This document shows positions 28,193 to 35,206 of a stretch of 64,000 bases of DNA, piece after piece. Position 1 is the stretch's first letter. The number at the start of each line of letters is the position of its first letter. A model generated the notes under the pieces. That model saw only the letters and a list, made by a program, of their open reading frames with translations, was not told the origin of the DNA and searched no databases. A program made the translations under genes and the position numbers. The DNA comes from an uncultured Actinomycetes bacterium. Its GTDB lineage: Bacteria; Actinomycetota; Thermoleophilia; Gaiellales; JAICJC01. The DNA lies in contig CAWCPM010000002.1 of NCBI GenBank assembly GCA_963797565.1, positions 321,560 through 385,559 of the forward strand, written 5' to 3'.

Positions 28193-29224
28193 ATGCGGGC
28201 CGCGACCTTCCGCGAGTACGGCGGCCCCGAGGTGATGCGCTGGGAGCACTTGGACGATCCGGCCTGCGGGCGCGACGAGGTGATCGTGCGCGCGCACGCC
28301 TGCGGCCTCAACCACAGCGACCTCGACTCGCGGGCGGGCAGCTCACGCTGGCCGTTCACGATGCCCTGGGTGCTGGGCGCCGAGTTCGCGGGCACCGTGG
28401 TCGCGGTGGGGGCCGACGTCGAGGGCATCGCCGACGGCGACCCGGTCACGGCCTACCAGCAGTTCGCATGCGGCACCTGCGCCGCGTGCGGGCGCTGGCG
28501 GCCCGACCTGTGCGAGCGGTTCGTGGTGTTCGGCACCGATCGCTGGGGCGGCTATGCGGAGCTGGTTGCGGTGCCGGCCCGTGCGGTGATCCCGCTGCGC
28601 TCGCCGGACGACTTCGTGACGGCAGCCGCCGCCCAGTGCGTGGTCTCGACCGCGTGGTCGATGGTGGTGTCGGTCGCGGCCGTGCGGGCGGGCGAGACGG
28701 TGCTGGTGCCCTCAGCGTCGGGCGGCGTGGCGAGCGCGGCCGTGCAGGCGGCGCGTCTGTCCGGTGCGCGCGTGATCGCCTCGGTGGGAGCGCCCGACAA
28801 GGCCGACGCCGTGCGCAAGCTGGGCGCGGACCTGGTCTTCTGCTACCGCGACACGCCGGTGGCCGAAGCGGTGGCCGATGCCACCGACGGCCGTGGCGTG
28901 GATGCGGTGATCGACACGACCGGCGGCCCTCGATTCGGGGAGCACCTCGCGGCGATGGCGCCGGACGGGCGGCTGGTCACCTGCGGCGCGCACGCCGGCG
29001 AGGTGGTGCCGCTCGACATCGTCGAGCTGTTCCGCCACGGCCACCGCATCCTCGGCTTCCGCGTGGCCACGCCGGACGAGATCCGAACGTCGCTTGCGAT
29101 GGCGCTCGACGGTGCGATCACGGTGCCGGTCGACCGCACGTTCCCGACGGCGGAGGCAGCGGCCGCGCACGCCTATATGGACGAGCGAAGGCACGTCGGC
29201 AAGATCGTGCTGGTGTCGGAATGA
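28193..29224 (+). CDS. zinc-type alcohol dehydrogenase / quinone oxidoreductase (MDR family)
   Basis: ..HACGLNHSD.., ..CGTCAACG.., ..SASGGVASAAVQ.. motifs. Confidence 0.8.
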   Translation: MRAATFREYGGPEVMRWEHLDDPACGRDEVIVRAHACGLNHSDLDSRAGSSRWPFTMPWVLGAEFAGTVVAVGADVEGIADGDPVTAYQQFACGTCAACGRWRPDLCERFVVFGTDRWGGYAELVAVPARAVIPLRSPDDFVTAAAAQCVVSTAWSMVVSVAAVRAGETVLVPSASGGVASAAVQAARLSGARVIASVGAPDKADAVRKLGADLVFCYRDTPVAEAVADATDGRGVDAVIDTTGGPRFGEHLAAMAPDGRLVTCGAHAGEVVPLDIVELFRHGHRILGFRVATPDEIRTSLAMALDGAITVPVDRTFPTAEAAAAHAYMDERRHVGKIVLVSE

Positions 29225-29775
29225 GGACGGTCTGTTACCTGGCGCACTGCCTGCTGAACGCCAATGCCAAGGTGGACGAGGGCGCGCGCTGCGCGGGCGT
29301 GTCGGCGCCCGTGCTGGGGCTGCTCCGCGAGCACGGCGCCACGATCCGGCAGATGCCCTGCCCGGAGCTGGCCTTCGCCGGCACCCGGCGATTCTGGGCG
29401 GTGCGCGAGCAATACGACACGCCGGCCTTCCGGGCGCATTGCCGGACGCTGGCCGAGCCGGTGGCGGAGCAGATCCGGGCCGACCTCGGCTCCGGCGCGA
29501 GGGTGGTGATCATCGGGATCGACGGCAGCCCCAGCATGGGCGTCGAGCTGACGGCCAGCGCCGGTGACTGGGGCGGCCGGCCGGACAAGCCGCGCGACGA
29601 GGACTACCCGGTCACGCCGGGACCGGGCCTGTTCACCGAGACGCTGCTGGGACTGCTGGGAGACGGCGTGGCGCGGGCGCGCGTGGTCGGGATCGGACAG
29701 GACCTGTTCGACTACGACGAGCCGGCGGAGCTGGCCAAGCTGGCGGCGGCCGTGGAGGACCCCGGTGCGGGGTGA
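29221..29775 (+). CDS. hypothetical protein, DUF523-like
   Basis: ATG at 29221 overlaps the upstream stop. ..YLAHCLLNANAKV..CPELAF.. resembles DUF523-type proteins. Weak call. Confidence 0.4.
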   Translation: MRTVCYLAHCLLNANAKVDEGARCAGVSAPVLGLLREHGATIRQMPCPELAFAGTRRFWAVREQYDTPAFRAHCRTLAEPVAEQIRADLGSGARVVIIGIDGSPSMGVELTASAGDWGGRPDKPRDEDYPVTPGPGLFTETLLGLLGDGVARARVVGIGQDLFDYDEPAELAKLAAAVEDPGAG

Positions 29776-30079
29776 CCTTCGTTCGCGGCGGGTGGCGGTG
29801 GTGGCCGACTCGGTGCTGAACCCGCCCGCGGGCGCGACCGATCACCTGACGCCGCTGACAGACGCCGGCTGGGGCCTCGTGGTGCTGCCGCCGGCGGGGC
29901 TGCCGGCCGCCACCGAGCGGGCGATGATCGCCGCCATCGCCGACCAGGTGGTGACGTTCCTGGACGATGACTACGAGGTCGCCCTGGGATGGCCGGGCGA
30001 TGAGCGCTCGGAACGGCTGATCGAGGCGCTGTCCGCTGTCGGGCGGCGCATCGAACGGCGGATCGACCTGCTGGACTAA
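29765..30079 (+). CDS. hypothetical protein
   Basis: GTG at 29765 in the tail of ORF 29564..30079. Ordinary composition, no motif recognised. Confidence 0.35.
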   Translation: MRGDLRSRRVAVVADSVLNPPAGATDHLTPLTDAGWGLVVLPPAGLPAATERAMIAAIADQVVTFLDDDYEVALGWPGDERSERLIEALSAVGRRIERRIDLLD

Positions 30080-30083
30080 CGGC

Positions 30084-30266
30084 TCAAGCGGTGGCCTCGT
30101 TCGAGCGTGCGATCCGCAGCTCGAGCGGGGTTGATTGGCGCGTGCGTCCGGCCTCCATGTTGCGTCGCTTCTCGGCCATCCGCAGCAGCTCCTCGTGCTC
30201 GTGCGGGATGTACCCCCAGTCGGTCGAGGAGGCCACCGTCACGCTGTTGCGCTTCTCGTCCTTCAT
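30084..30266 (-). CDS. hypothetical 60-aa protein
   Basis: ORF with lower GC and Lys/Glu-rich composition, preceded by GGAGGA. Lies beside an AT-rich intergenic region. Confidence 0.4.
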   Translation of the reverse strand: MKDEKRNSVTVASSTDWGYIPHEHEELLRMAEKRRNMEAGRTRQSTPLELRIARSNEATA

Positions 30267-30412
30267 CCCAATCCTCCGTGCTTGTGGCTCGCGTCCGAAA
30301 CACTACCTAGTTGAGAAAGCAAGTGTAAGGGCAATTGTCGATTTCCAGGTCTTTTCCTGTTTGACACCCCTTCGCCACCCCACCTCTCCGGTGCCTCCGC
30401 GACCATACCGGC

Positions 30413-31147
30413 ATGAGCAGCTCGCGCGGCACGAGGGTGGTCGGGGGCGGTCTCCTGTGCGAGCTGCACGCGCATTCGCGCTGGAGCGACGGCGATCTCG
30501 AGCTGGTGGACGTCGTCGACCTCTACGGCCGTGCCGGGTTCGACGTGCTGTGCATCACGGACCACGTCGTGCGAGACGGAGGGATGGTCACATCCGCCGT
30601 CCACGCCGAGTACCTGGCCGAGATCCGCCACCAGGCCGAACGTGCCCGGCGCCGTCATGGTCTGCTGGTGCTGCCGGGACTGGAGCTGACCTGGGACGAC
30701 GCCGACTCGGAGCAGGCCGCACACGCCCTGGCGGTCGGCCTGGACAGGTTCGTCGGCCTCGAGAACGGGCTCGATGCGGCGGTCGAGACGGCGCGCGACC
30801 ACGGTGCGGCGATCATCGCCGCGCACCCGCACGGTGCCCGGCGCGACAGCATTCCCAGCCGCACCACCCAGCGCTGGTGGCGCGACCCCGCCCTCCGCTC
30901 GCTGGCGCACCGGTTCGAGCTGATCAACCGCACGCAGGTGTTCGACTGGGTGGCCGAGGCCGGCCTGCCGGCGGTCGCGAACGGCGACTTCCACCAGCCC
31001 GGGCACCTGGCCACCTGGAAGACGGTGCTGCCGGTGGAACCTGACGCGGACGCGGTGGTGGCATACCTGCGGTCCCAGGCGCCGGCCATGATCACGCGGC
31101 CGGCGGTGCTGCAAGCGCTGGCGCAGCCCGCCGGCGTCGCAGCCTGA
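30413..31147 (+). CDS. PHP-domain phosphoesterase
   Basis: ..CELHAHSRWSDG.., ..LCITDH.., ..IIAAHP.. His/Asp motifs. Confidence 0.7.
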   Translation: MSSSRGTRVVGGGLLCELHAHSRWSDGDLELVDVVDLYGRAGFDVLCITDHVVRDGGMVTSAVHAEYLAEIRHQAERARRRHGLLVLPGLELTWDDADSEQAAHALAVGLDRFVGLENGLDAAVETARDHGAAIIAAHPHGARRDSIPSRTTQRWWRDPALRSLAHRFELINRTQVFDWVAEAGLPAVANGDFHQPGHLATWKTVLPVEPDADAVVAYLRSQAPAMITRPAVLQALAQPAGVAA

Positions 31148-31289
31148 CCGGCCTCGAGGTGCTTCGCCTGGCTCGATCGCTCGTAGTGCTTCTGCCGGTC
31201 CGCAACCAACGCCTCGAGGTACCTCACCGAGCTCGATGGCTCGTCGCGCGCTGACCGCCACTCACACGCCTGCCATCTAGTCTCCATCG

Positions 31290-33134
31290 GTGAGCCCGCA
31301 CACACACAAGCTCCGCGATGACATCCGAAACATCGCGATCATCGCCCACGTTGACCATGGCAAGACCACCCTCGTGGACGCGCTGCTGCAGCAGTCAGGC
31401 ACGTTCGCGGCGCACGCCGAGGTGGTCGACCGGATCATGGACGCCGGGCTCGAGCGCGAGCGCGGCATCACGATCCTGGCCAAGAACGCGGCCTGCCGCT
31501 ACCACGGCACCAAGATCAACATCATCGACACTCCCGGGCATGCCGACTTCGGCGGCGAGGTCGAGCGCGGCCTGACGATGGTTGACGGGGTGCTGCTGCT
31601 GGTCGACGCCAGCGAGGGGCCGCTGCCGCAGACCCGGTTCGTGCTGCGCAAGGCGCTGGCCGCGCGGCTGCCGGTGATCCTGGTCGTGAACAAGGTCGAC
31701 CGGCCCGATGCCCGCGCCGCCGAGGTGGTGAACGAGATCTACCAGCTGTTCTTCGATCTCGACGCCGACGAGTCGCAGATCGATTTCCCGATCGTCTACA
31801 CGATCGCCCGCGACGGCCTGGCCTCACTCACGGAAGACGATCAGGGTACCGACATGCATCCGCTGTTCGAGTTGATCCTCGACCGGGTGCCGCCGCCGCG
31901 CTACCACGAGGGCTCCCCGTTCCAGGCCCGCGTTGCCAACCTCGACTCCTCCCCCTACCTGGGCCGGCTCGCGCTCTGCCGCGTGCACGAGGGCGAGCTC
32001 AACAAGGGCGAGATGGTGGCGTGGTGCAAGGCCGACGGCACGATCACGCGCACCAAGATCACCGAGATGTTCGTTGCTGAGGGGCTCGATCGGGTGGCGG
32101 CCGATCACGTCGGGCCGGGCGAGGTGATGGCCGTCGCCGGCCTCCAGGAGATCATGATCGGCGAGACGATCGCCGACGCCGAGGACCCCCATCCGCTGCC
32201 GGTGATCAAGGTGGACGAGCCGTCGCTGGCGATGACGCTTGGCACCAACTCCTCGCCGTTCGCAGGCCGCAGCGGCTCGAAGCTGACGGCGCGCATGATC
32301 AAGGACCGGCTCGACCGCGAGCTGGTCGGGAACGTCAGCCTGCGGGTGTTCGACACCGACCGGCCGGACACGTGGGAGGTGCAGGGTCGCGGCGAGCTGC
32401 AGCTGGCGGTGCTGATCGAGCTGATGCGGCGCGAGGGCTTCGAACTCACGATCGGCAAGCCGCAGGTGGTCACGCGCGAGGTGAACGGCAAGGTCTGCGA
32501 GCCGGTGGAGCGGGTCACGATCGACGTGCCGGAGGAGTACTCGGGCACGGTGATCCAGGCGCTGGCGGTGCGTAAGGGGCGGATGGAGCAGATGACCAAC
32601 CACGGGTCGGGATGGGTGCGGCTGGACTATGTGATCCCGGCCCGCGGCCTGCTCGGGTTCCGTACCGAGTTTCTGACCGAGACGCGCGGCACCGGCATCC
32701 TGCACCACGTGTTCGATCGCTACGAGCCCTGGCACGGCGAGATCAGCGGCCGCCAGAACGGCTCGCTGATCGCTGACCGCGTCGGGCCGGCGTCGAGCTA
32801 CGCGATGACCAACCTGCAGGAGCGCGGAGTGCTGTTCGTGTCCCCCAGTGAGGACTGCTACGAGGGCATGCTGGTCGGCGAGAACGCCCGCGCGGACGAC
32901 CTCGACGTGAACATCGCCAAGGCCAAGCAGATGACCAACGTCCGTTCCAACGCCGATGTGCTGGTGCGCCTGGCGCCGCCACGCCTGCTCAGCCTCGACC
33001 AGGCGCTCGAGTACATCGAGGAGGACGAGTGCGTCGAGGTCACGCCCGACGTGATCCGCCTGCGCAAGGTCGAGCTGTCGGCGTCGAGGCGTCAGAGCCA
33101 GCGGTCGAAGAGCAAGCGCGACGCGCGTGAGTGA
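31290..33134 (+). CDS. typA: translational GTPase TypA/BipA
   Basis: ..IRNIAIIAHVDHGKTTLVD.., ..DTPGHADFGGEVER.., ..NKVDR... Full-length similarity to BipA. GTG start. Confidence 0.9.
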   Translation: MSPHTHKLRDDIRNIAIIAHVDHGKTTLVDALLQQSGTFAAHAEVVDRIMDAGLERERGITILAKNAACRYHGTKINIIDTPGHADFGGEVERGLTMVDGVLLLVDASEGPLPQTRFVLRKALAARLPVILVVNKVDRPDARAAEVVNEIYQLFFDLDADESQIDFPIVYTIARDGLASLTEDDQGTDMHPLFELILDRVPPPRYHEGSPFQARVANLDSSPYLGRLALCRVHEGELNKGEMVAWCKADGTITRTKITEMFVAEGLDRVAADHVGPGEVMAVAGLQEIMIGETIADAEDPHPLPVIKVDEPSLAMTLGTNSSPFAGRSGSKLTARMIKDRLDRELVGNVSLRVFDTDRPDTWEVQGRGELQLAVLIELMRREGFELTIGKPQVVTREVNGKVCEPVERVTIDVPEEYSGTVIQALAVRKGRMEQMTNHGSGWVRLDYVIPARGLLGFRTEFLTETRGTGILHHVFDRYEPWHGEISGRQNGSLIADRVGPASSYAMTNLQERGVLFVSPSEDCYEGMLVGENARADDLDVNIAKAKQMTNVRSNADVLVRLAPPRLLSLDQALEYIEEDECVEVTPDVIRLRKVELSASRRQSQRSKSKRDARE

Positions 33135-33186
33135 CCATGCGAACCGATAACGCTCAACCGTCGTACAACAATTACCGACGGAATAG

Positions 33187-33215
33187 TTGCGTTTGCCCGA
33201 AACGTTCTGTATGTT
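33187..33215 (+). promoter_or_regulatory. candidate sigma-70-type promoter TTGCGT-17-TATGTT
   Basis: The -35/-10-like hexamers have 17-nt spacing and sit in the AT-rich stretch after typA, 10 nt before a small ORF (ATG 33226). Confidence 0.35.
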
Positions 33216-33225
33216 GGGAGTCGCA

Positions 33226-33333
33226 ATGACGAAATTGTCTGACATCGAAATGTTCGCCGCCCGATCGACCTCCGTCGATCCGGTGACACATGGCCGGCTG
33301 GATAGCCAGCCCGGCACGGAGGCCCTCGCCTAG
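33226..33333 (+). CDS. possible 35-aa small ORF (MTKLSDIEMFAARSTSVDPVTHGRLDSQPGTEALA)
   Basis: Below the ORF-track cutoff. GGGAG lies 5 nt upstream of the ATG. Followed by hairpin repeat R1. No homology judgement is possible. Confidence 0.25.
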   Translation: MTKLSDIEMFAARSTSVDPVTHGRLDSQPGTEALA

Positions 33334-33371
33334 GACCTGGATTCGAGCAACAGCTCACCACAGGACCACGC

Positions 33372-33397
33372 GAGGGCGACTCACACGAGTCGCCCTC
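33372..33397 (+). repeat. hairpin repeat R1 (gagggcgact-cacacg-agtcgccctc)
   Basis: 10-bp perfect stem. Shares the core GAGGGCGA..TCGCCCTCA(R)TCGTT with R2. Confidence 0.6.
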
Positions 33398-33643
33398 AGT
33401 CGTTAACAACACATCACGCGCGATCCGAACGAAGGACACGAACACCACCATGACCGCGACAACCTTGAACACCGCCATGCTGACCGGCGCCTGGGCGAAA
33501 CACCTCGCCCCTGCGACGCCGCCGCATGCCTGTGATCGGGGTGTCGAAGCCTCTGATACCAGCGTGCAGCCCCGCGCGGACACCCTCATCTCAAGGAGCG
33601 TGCAGACCTAGAAACGGGTCAACGACACGCAATCCGGCGAGAT

Positions 33644-33669
33644 GAGGGCGATCCCAAGGGGTCGCCCTC
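33644..33669 (+). repeat. hairpin repeat R2 (gagggcga-tcccaagggg-tcgccctc)
   Basis: 8-bp outer stem with the same arms as R1. Followed by aatcgttta (R1 is followed by agtcgttaa). Confidence 0.6.
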
Positions 33670-33742
33670 AATCGTTTAAGCCCTCCCAGGTCGGGAGCAT
33701 CAGCAGAGAGGCTCGAATCCTCTCAAGGGCAATCCGGGAAAA

Positions 33743-33856
33743 CCCTGGCGCTGCTGGGGAGGACTCGCACAGTGCCGCAAGGCGTGCGGGGGCCGGCCCT
33801 CCACGAGGAGGAGTCCGGTTGGGAACTCGGGGACCTGACGAGAGAAAACGCCAGGG
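33743..33856 (+). ncRNA. candidate structured RNA of unknown class
   Basis: Nested helices seen by eye: ccctggcg(33743-50)/cgccaggg(33849-56); ggactc(33761-66)/gagtcc(33811-16), which encloses gcc-GCAA-ggc (a GNRA tetraloop hairpin) and cctcc-acga-ggagg. Confidence 0.3.
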
Positions 33857-33916
33857 GACCGATACCGACGGCTGAGAGGGAACTGGAGCTGATGTGCACG
33901 TGGTGAAGTTATTCGC

Positions 33917-33989
33917 GGCGCCGTGACCGAGTGGCTCAGGTAGCAGGTTGCAACCCTGCTCTAGGACGGTTCGATTCCGTCCGGCGCCT
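33917..33989 (+). tRNA. tRNA-Cys(GCA)
   Basis: Acceptor ggcgccg/cggcgcc, anticodon stem gcagg/cctgc with loop ttGCAac, T arm gacgg-ttcgatt-ccgtc. No encoded CCA. Confidence 0.85.
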
Positions 33990-34031
33990 CTCCGGATCCG
34001 CGGGATAGTTGATAGGTAACACCGATACCGT

Positions 34032-34104
34032 GGGGTGGTAGCTGAGACGGTCCAAGCGCCCGGTTGAAGCCCGGGAGACGAGGATTCGAGCGCCTCTCAC
34101 CCCA
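34032..34104 (+). tRNA. tRNA-Phe(GAA), atypical T stem
   Basis: Acceptor ggggtgg/tcacccc, anticodon stem cccgg/ccggg with loop ttGAAgc. T arm gagga-ttcgagc-gcctc has an A-G mismatch at the normally G53-C61 pair. Confidence 0.65.
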
Positions 34105-34119
34105 CCTTTTGACACCTTT

Positions 34120-34191
34120 GGGGGTGTGGCTCAGTGGCAGAGCATCCGCTTGTCGAGCGGTAGGTCGCGAGTTCGATTCTCGCCATCCCCG
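34120..34191 (+). tRNA. tRNA-Asp(GTC)
   Basis: Acceptor gggggtg/catcccc, D stem gctc/gagc, loop ttGTCga, T arm gcgag-ttcgatt-ctcgc. Confidence 0.8.
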
Positions 34192-34216
34192 TGCAGTAAC
34201 GGACGTTTCACCACAC

Positions 34217-34299
34217 ACCGGCATGGCGGAATGGGTAGACGCGCTGGTCTCAGAAACCAGTGGAGATTCTCCGTGGGGGTTCGACTCCCTCTGCCGGTA
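34217..34299 (+). tRNA. tRNA-Leu(CAG), type II
   Basis: Acceptor accggca/tgccggt (A1-U72), D region gcggaatgggtagacgc, anticodon stem ctggt/accag with loop ctCAGaa, long variable arm ggagattctcc, T arm ggggg-ttcgact-ccctc. Confidence 0.85.
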
Positions 34300-34312
34300 C
34301 TCGCTGAGCTTC

Positions 34313-34388
34313 GGGGGATGGGACTGCTGGGAGTGGTCACTCGGTTTGCACCCGGGACTACAGGCGGGTTCGATGCCCGCATCCTCCA
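34313..34388 (+). tRNA. tRNA-Ala(TGC), atypical variable region
   Basis: Acceptor gggggat/atcctcc, anticodon stem ctcgg/ccggg with loop ttTGCac, T arm gcggg-ttcgatg-cccgc. The 7-nt variable region and a one-nt 8-9 connector are unusual. Confidence 0.65.
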
Positions 34389-34408
34389 CTCGCACGTGCA
34401 CGACACTT

Positions 34409-34482
34409 GCCCTCGTAGCTCAATGGACCAGAGTGCCAGGCTTCGAACCTGGTGGTTGGAGGTTCGAATCCTCCCGAGGGCT
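34409..34482 (+). tRNA. tRNA-Arg(TCG)
   Basis: Acceptor gccctcg/cgagggc, D arm tagctcaatggaccagagt, anticodon stem ccagg/cctgg with loop ctTCGaa, T arm ggagg-ttcgaat-cctcc. Confidence 0.88.
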
Positions 34483-34489
34483 TCGCGAT

Positions 34490-34573
34490 GGGGATGCACT
34501 GGGAATGCGGCGATCCCAAGTGGCTGTAAACCACCCGCCTCCGGCTCTGGCAGTTCGACTCTGTCCGTCCCCA
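34490..34573 (+). tRNA. tRNA-Tyr(GTA), type II
   Basis: Acceptor ggggatg/cgtcccc, loop ctGTAaa, variable arm gcc-tcc-ggc, T arm ggcag-ttcgact-ctgtc. Confidence 0.8.
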
Positions 34574-34583
34574 CTCATCAAAT

Positions 34584-34656
34584 GCCTCTGTAGTTCACTG
34601 GACAGAACGCGAGCGTGCGAAGCTCGAGGCCGGAGGTTCGATTCCTCCCAGAGGCG
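34584..34656 (+). tRNA. tRNA-Arg(GCG)
   Basis: Acceptor gcctctg/cagaggc, anticodon stem cgagc/gctcg with loop gtGCGaa, T arm ggagg-ttcgatt-cctcc. G34 rather than the usual bacterial A34. Confidence 0.8.
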
Positions 34657-34666
34657 TGCACCCCAC

Positions 34667-34738
34667 GGCGAGTGGGGTCTGGCGATCCGGCAGCTCTCAT
34701 ACGGCTGCGCCAAGCCGGTTCGATTCCGGCGCTCGCTA
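34667..34738 (+). tRNA. tRNA-Met(CAT)-like, atypical D arm
   Basis: Acceptor ggcgagt/gctcgct (G1-U72 and U7-G66 wobbles), anticodon stem cagct/ggctg with loop ctCATac, T arm gccgg-ttcgatt-ccggc. The D arm folds as 5 bp plus a 4-nt loop. Initiator, elongator or Ile2 identity cannot be decided. Confidence 0.55.
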
Positions 34739-34743
34739 TCCAT

Positions 34744-34818
34744 GGTGGCCGTAGCTCAAAACGGTAGAGCCCCTGGTTGTGGACCAGGCGGTTGCCGGTT
34801 CGAACCCGGCCGGTCACC
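34744..34818 (+). tRNA. tRNA-His(GTG) with encoded G-1
   Basis: G-1 at 34744 opposite C73. Acceptor gtggccg/cggtcac, D stem gctc/gagc, loop ttGTGga, T arm gccgg-ttcgaac-ccggc. Confidence 0.88.
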
Positions 34819-34831
34819 CCTCCTGACACCC

Positions 34832-34903
34832 AGGGGCGTGATGTAAAGGCCAGCATGCGAGGCTCCAACCCTCGTCGTCCGGGTTCGACCCCTGGCGCCC
34901 CTG
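34832..34903 (+). tRNA. tRNA-Trp(CCA)
   Basis: Acceptor aggggcg/cgcccct (A1-U72), anticodon stem cgagg/cctcg with loop ctCCAac, T arm ccggg-ttcgacc-cctgg. The only member followed by CCA (34904-34906). Confidence 0.8.
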
Positions 34904-34923
34904 CCAAGCGCTGCACCACCCCA

Positions 34924-35017
34924 GTCGCGGGCCGACGCACGTCGGTTCTCGTGGACCCACTCACAATGGGGCCGGGTTCGATCCCCGGCATTCCGGCATG
35001 CACCTCATGACCGCGAC
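34924..35017 (+). ncRNA. tRNA-derived RNA 1 (Y-RNA-like paralog; not a functional tRNA fold)
   Basis: Has a 5' acceptor-like strand gggccga, D arm cacg-tcggttct-cgtg, a hairpin with loop ctcacaa and T arm ccggg-ttcgatc-cccgg. It has no variable region and no 3' acceptor strand. The ends gtcgcgg/ccgcgac pair 7/7, and the flanks are shared with element 2. Confidence 0.5.
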
Positions 35018-35036
35018 GCTGACGACGCAAACGCCC

Positions 35037-35170
35037 GACGCGGGCCGACGCGCACTGGTTACCACTGTGAATGGTCCAGGTAGCAGGTTCGACTCCTGCC
35101 CGGCCGGAGCGATCCGGCCAGTAGCTCAACGGTAGAGCGGGAACTCCAGTCCGCACCACATGACCGCGTC
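35037..35170 (+). ncRNA. YrlA-type Y RNA candidate (circularly permuted tRNA-like RNA)
   Basis: Order along the strand: ggtcc, 5-nt aggta, T arm gcagg-ttcgact-cctgc (35083-99), ccggccg, loop gagcgatc, cggccag (a closed acceptor-like helix), ta, D arm gctc-aacggta-gagc (35124-38), g, ggaac. The terminal stem gacgcgg/ccgcgtc pairs 7/7. It ends 36 nt before the rsr ATG. Confidence 0.7.
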
Positions 35171-35206
35171 ATTCCATCCACTCGATCTCCCGAAAGGAGG
35201 CCACCC

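Noticed and set aside
33680-33730. 51-nt tRNA-like minihelix (gccc..gggc closing stem, small hairpin, T-like arm gagagg-ctcgaat-cctctc).
   Set aside because: It has only a 4-bp closing stem, no D arm and a non-canonical T loop. At best it is a decayed tRNA remnant, so it is mentioned in the leader finding but not called as a gene.
33835-33852. Hammerhead-ribozyme-like core CTGACGA followed a few nt later by GAAA.
   Set aside because: There is no room for a stem II between the two boxes. I also could not place stems I and III or a cleavage-site UH in any of the three topologies. It is probably a chance match.
33450-33875. ORF2 (53 aa, 33450..33611) and the track ORF 33642..33875 (77 aa) as real genes.
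   Set aside because: ORF2 has only a weak, distant SD and no recognisable features. The 77-aa ORF is Arg/Gly-rich and overlaps hairpin R2 and the candidate structured RNA. Both are left as mentions only.
34904-34906. Encoded CCA after tRNA-Trp as evidence for a different origin of this gene.
   Set aside because: This is a single occurrence among 24 genes and the triplet could be there by chance. It is not enough to support an inference.
34924-35017. Tempting call as a 25th tRNA (Val, anticodon CAC, loop ctcacaa).
   Set aside because: There is no sequence complementary to the 5' acceptor strand gggccga after the T arm, and there is no variable region. The flanks are instead shared with the permuted element next door, so it is reported as a tRNA-derived ncRNA and not a tRNA.
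35073-35082. Resemblance of tggtccaggtag to the vertebrate Y RNA Ro-binding strand UGGUCCGAAGGUAG.
   Set aside because: In the permuted-tRNA fold these nucleotides are the anticodon-stem-equivalent strand plus the variable loop, and I could not build the matching bulged helix with the 3' strand. The similarity may be coincidental.
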